Part shown: positions 52,101 to 53,375 of the stretch, piece by piece
Layout of the letters: every line of letters starts with the position of its first letter
Position numbering within the stretch: the first letter of the stretch is position 1
DNA from: a virus
Taxonomy: Duplodnaviria; Caudoviricetes
DNA: 53,375 nucleotides
Virus record (IMG/VR): IMGVR_UViG_3300032290_000786
Coordinates: 1-53,375 of that record
Direction: 5' to 3' (one strand)
The notes under the pieces: model-generated
Told to the model about the DNA's origin: nothing
Databases searched by the model: none
The model's input: the letters and a program-made list of their open reading frames with translations, nothing else
Program-made: the position numbers and the translations under genes

Positions 52101-53375
52101 TGCTGAATATCCAAAGCCAGCAGATGTCGCTCCAGCAGATGGTCCTAACGGTCCATATCGCATTAAGGTTAAAGTTACTGACTTACAGCCAGGAGATATC
52201 ACTGTTGGTGACCACTTTGTTATTGAAGCAATTGGCGAGAAGGTTCCAGGAACTGACCGAGTAAAGATTAAGGGTCACTATCCAGGGCACGTCTCACAAG
52301 ATACAAAGCAGTGGAATGATTACCGTGAAATTGAAGTTATCCGTGGTGCTGTTGCACCAGAGGCTGGAGAACTACCTGTTCTTAGTAAGCCAAAGGAACA
52401 AGAGTTTGGAAAGCGTAAGCGTAATGCAGATGGTTCTTGGGGATTTGCAGACCCAGCAAACCAAGAAGCGTTTGATGCTGCAATGGCAGAATACAACGCA
52501 CGTCTAGATGAAGCGAAGAAGCGTTTCCCAGACCCAACATCTCCTTCTAACCAGCCACAACGCACAATTGTTCGTGCTGCTGATTTGAAACCTGGTGATG
52601 TAACTACTGACCCTAAGAAGGGTCACTTCGTAATTGAAAGAACATTTGTTGATGAAACAACAAAGCCAGGATTTGTTAGCGTTGAGGGTTACTACCCAGG
52701 ACATACTTCACAACGTAAAGAGTGGAGAGTAGATACTCAGATTGACGTTCTTCGTAACGTCGAGGCACCTGCAAAGGGAGACCTACCTGAACTACATCGC
52801 CCTAATAAGGTTGTAAATGGTAAGTGGATTCCAGATAACGATGCTGCAAAGAATGAAGAGTGGCAAAAGCAGATTGATGAAGCCGCTGCTCGTTGGCAAG
52901 CACCAGAAAATCTTCCACTGGTTGAAAATAATGAACAAACACCAGAGGCTGAAAAAGATATTCCAAATGTTGTTGCAGTAAAGCGTCCTGCAGCACCTCA
53001 GCGGCCAGCAATGCCAGCATTCCAAGGTGATTGGGCTGCTATTGCTCGTGAAGCAGGTGGAGATTGGAATAAGTTTAAGGAACTTCTTAAAGGAAAGACT
53101 CTTGTCTTCTTTGACTTTGAAACAACAGGACTAAAAGTTGGCGATGGCGACGAGCCATGGCAGATTGGTGCTGTAAAAGTTGTTGATGGAAAGATTGTAG
53201 AACGTAAGAACATCTACATGAACCCAGGGCGCTCTATTGACGGCACTTTTGCTGCTGGAGATAAAGATGGAGTTCCAAATGCTGTTGATGCAGATGGAAA
53301 TAAACTTACAGATGAATTTTTAGCACAGCAGCAAGACCAGAAGGCAGCATTTGAAGAGTTTCTTGCTTGGGCAGG
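49093..53375 (+). CDS. giant (>1427 aa, truncated) multidomain head-associated protein with internal repeats and a DEDD 3'-5' exonuclease domain
   Basis: Absent from the ORF track because no stop falls in the window; ATG 49093; frame checked at several points; QRRDREGKF motif; LVFFDFETTGL...PWQIGAVKV...YMNPG at 53101 onward. Confidence 0.8.
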   Translation, partial: MSRVRRLSYAIDLQGRRANSMQQASRLRDTALTLIETANQNASISRRVTKKAAFTVVLRSLEKTRNLPFSLREHMAMKELSRYISLAQTDKIESLTLSHTDLLPISHPRSTREHSLTASALRLTKSRWYADDPRITDERARVILASAFSAEPGSVEHTYYSSILSGLSQGMIPADALIAAGNPFSGKNSSAERSLRARLQRRDREGKFAFMGGGLSALVRRANGQVFNLVGRPVIDGPNGDDIQMELPNGKIVNIPASKGMFTKAIINQTSDGFSKNPAKAATTSNIINESDLVFVDAPNGWNKIAENVWSNGSWEASKGKDGNFIIDRDANNGKREVIKGNFSDWEDVLDGIADYEEKGDKKKATLPESEQKPKAQVPNGGDGEGPKGPKKFEFEYPQGAYKIQQGKEYDPEGRIDEESTDFTDDPVELAQMQDVRDLINGLEQAVLPQGNNENAFGYGALRFNRGDELVPADAIYNALKEAGEDADLELARIYDKGLDSNANENALIDSRKGAESVGQASPKLEESFKRITEEGTPDVAPAAIEEPFVEEQRDLTPLPPLLDGMSETEVARFVETKDHTPFLPKNEDIQMPEGYNTLNPEPFQSWQEVTPDNPSDVLPEGFSDNPVFLSQLPKSELLSELRRSIEPGNEAPGYGAISLETEDGEKFTANVPGEAIRDALQLQGVDTNAEIKKIADEGFVGQEDEKQKATLPTDEPVAELPLDIPVEKKPMNAYERLMAENQAARDAVENRKAELDKAAADRVDEQGRNVPEGWGIERKNKPFFGALDRPENHFNVYGRNNFEARVDANGKITLKDNNNLLEAKTYDSWEELQADFDARKAEYAAASRAQIKEWAKGFGFSDEQVNAFDSMTEQEIADFFANPENHTPEYASALDDADTSWAVDLPNNAQKQRWNNFRKNERIAEHAGDFPDGNVPQAELPAKANTPEQISGVPQFKRIDEDPNYLPGVSGPNVPGREKKTVSAEAPNDFEVDSIEEVPDGLAEYPKPADVAPADGPNGPYRIKVKVTDLQPGDITVGDHFVIEAIGEKVPGTDRVKIKGHYPGHVSQDTKQWNDYREIEVIRGAVAPEAGELPVLSKPKEQEFGKRKRNADGSWGFADPANQEAFDAAMAEYNARLDEAKKRFPDPTSPSNQPQRTIVRAADLKPGDVTTDPKKGHFVIERTFVDETTKPGFVSVEGYYPGHTSQRKEWRVDTQIDVLRNVEAPAKGDLPELHRPNKVVNGKWIPDNDAAKNEEWQKQIDEAAARWQAPENLPLVENNEQTPEAEKDIPNVVAVKRPAAPQRPAMPAFQGDWAAIAREAGGDWNKFKELLKGKTLVFFDFETTGLKVGDGDEPWQIGAVKVVDGKIVERKNIYMNPGRSIDGTFAAGDKDGVPNAVDADGNKLTDEFLAQQQDQKAAFEEFLAWA

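Noticed and set aside
50135-53213. Many short ORF-track entries in the last 3 kb
   Set aside because: Shadow frames of the giant ORF starting at 49093
1-53375. Prophage, integrase, transposon, reverse transcriptase/DGR or stop-codon recoding
   Set aside because: No such genes or host housekeeping flanks seen; recognised genes are intact in the standard code

Overview
This window is part of a large tailed dsDNA phage genome. The host is most likely a low-GC actinobacterium, possibly a freshwater lineage (inference from WhiB, DUF3039, actinophage-type portal, leaderless genes and RBSs matching the actinobacterial 16S tail). It has three blocks. (1) 1-19.6 kb holds metabolic and accessory genes (class II RNR, SpeD, Mom-like DNA modifier, methyltransferase, glycosyltransferase, CHAP endolysin, tRNA-Gly, TerS-like protein) and a repeat-rich candidate origin at about 16.0-16.4 kb. 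(2) About 20.7-44.7 kb is an early/host-takeover island of small ORFs in promoter-ORF-terminator cassettes, with about 30 near-consensus SigA promoters converging on a terminator at 41.8 kb. (3) From 44.9 kb is a head module: portal plus a giant ORF of more than 1400 aa, truncated by the window end, with a DEDD exonuclease domain. The best candidate for an undescribed system is non-coding. By manual scan the early island lacks TTAA and CATG and has CCWGG only beside a repeated motif. It carries about 25 copies of AG(C/G)AAAAAGTAAAAA. Several of these pair with a second motif, AAGTTGTTTGTAGT, and flank dense clusters of restriction-type palindromes. Its operons end in hairpins displaying anti-Shine-Dalgarno loops. 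All motif counts were done by eye and need computational confirmation. Family assignments come from remembered motifs, not database searches.
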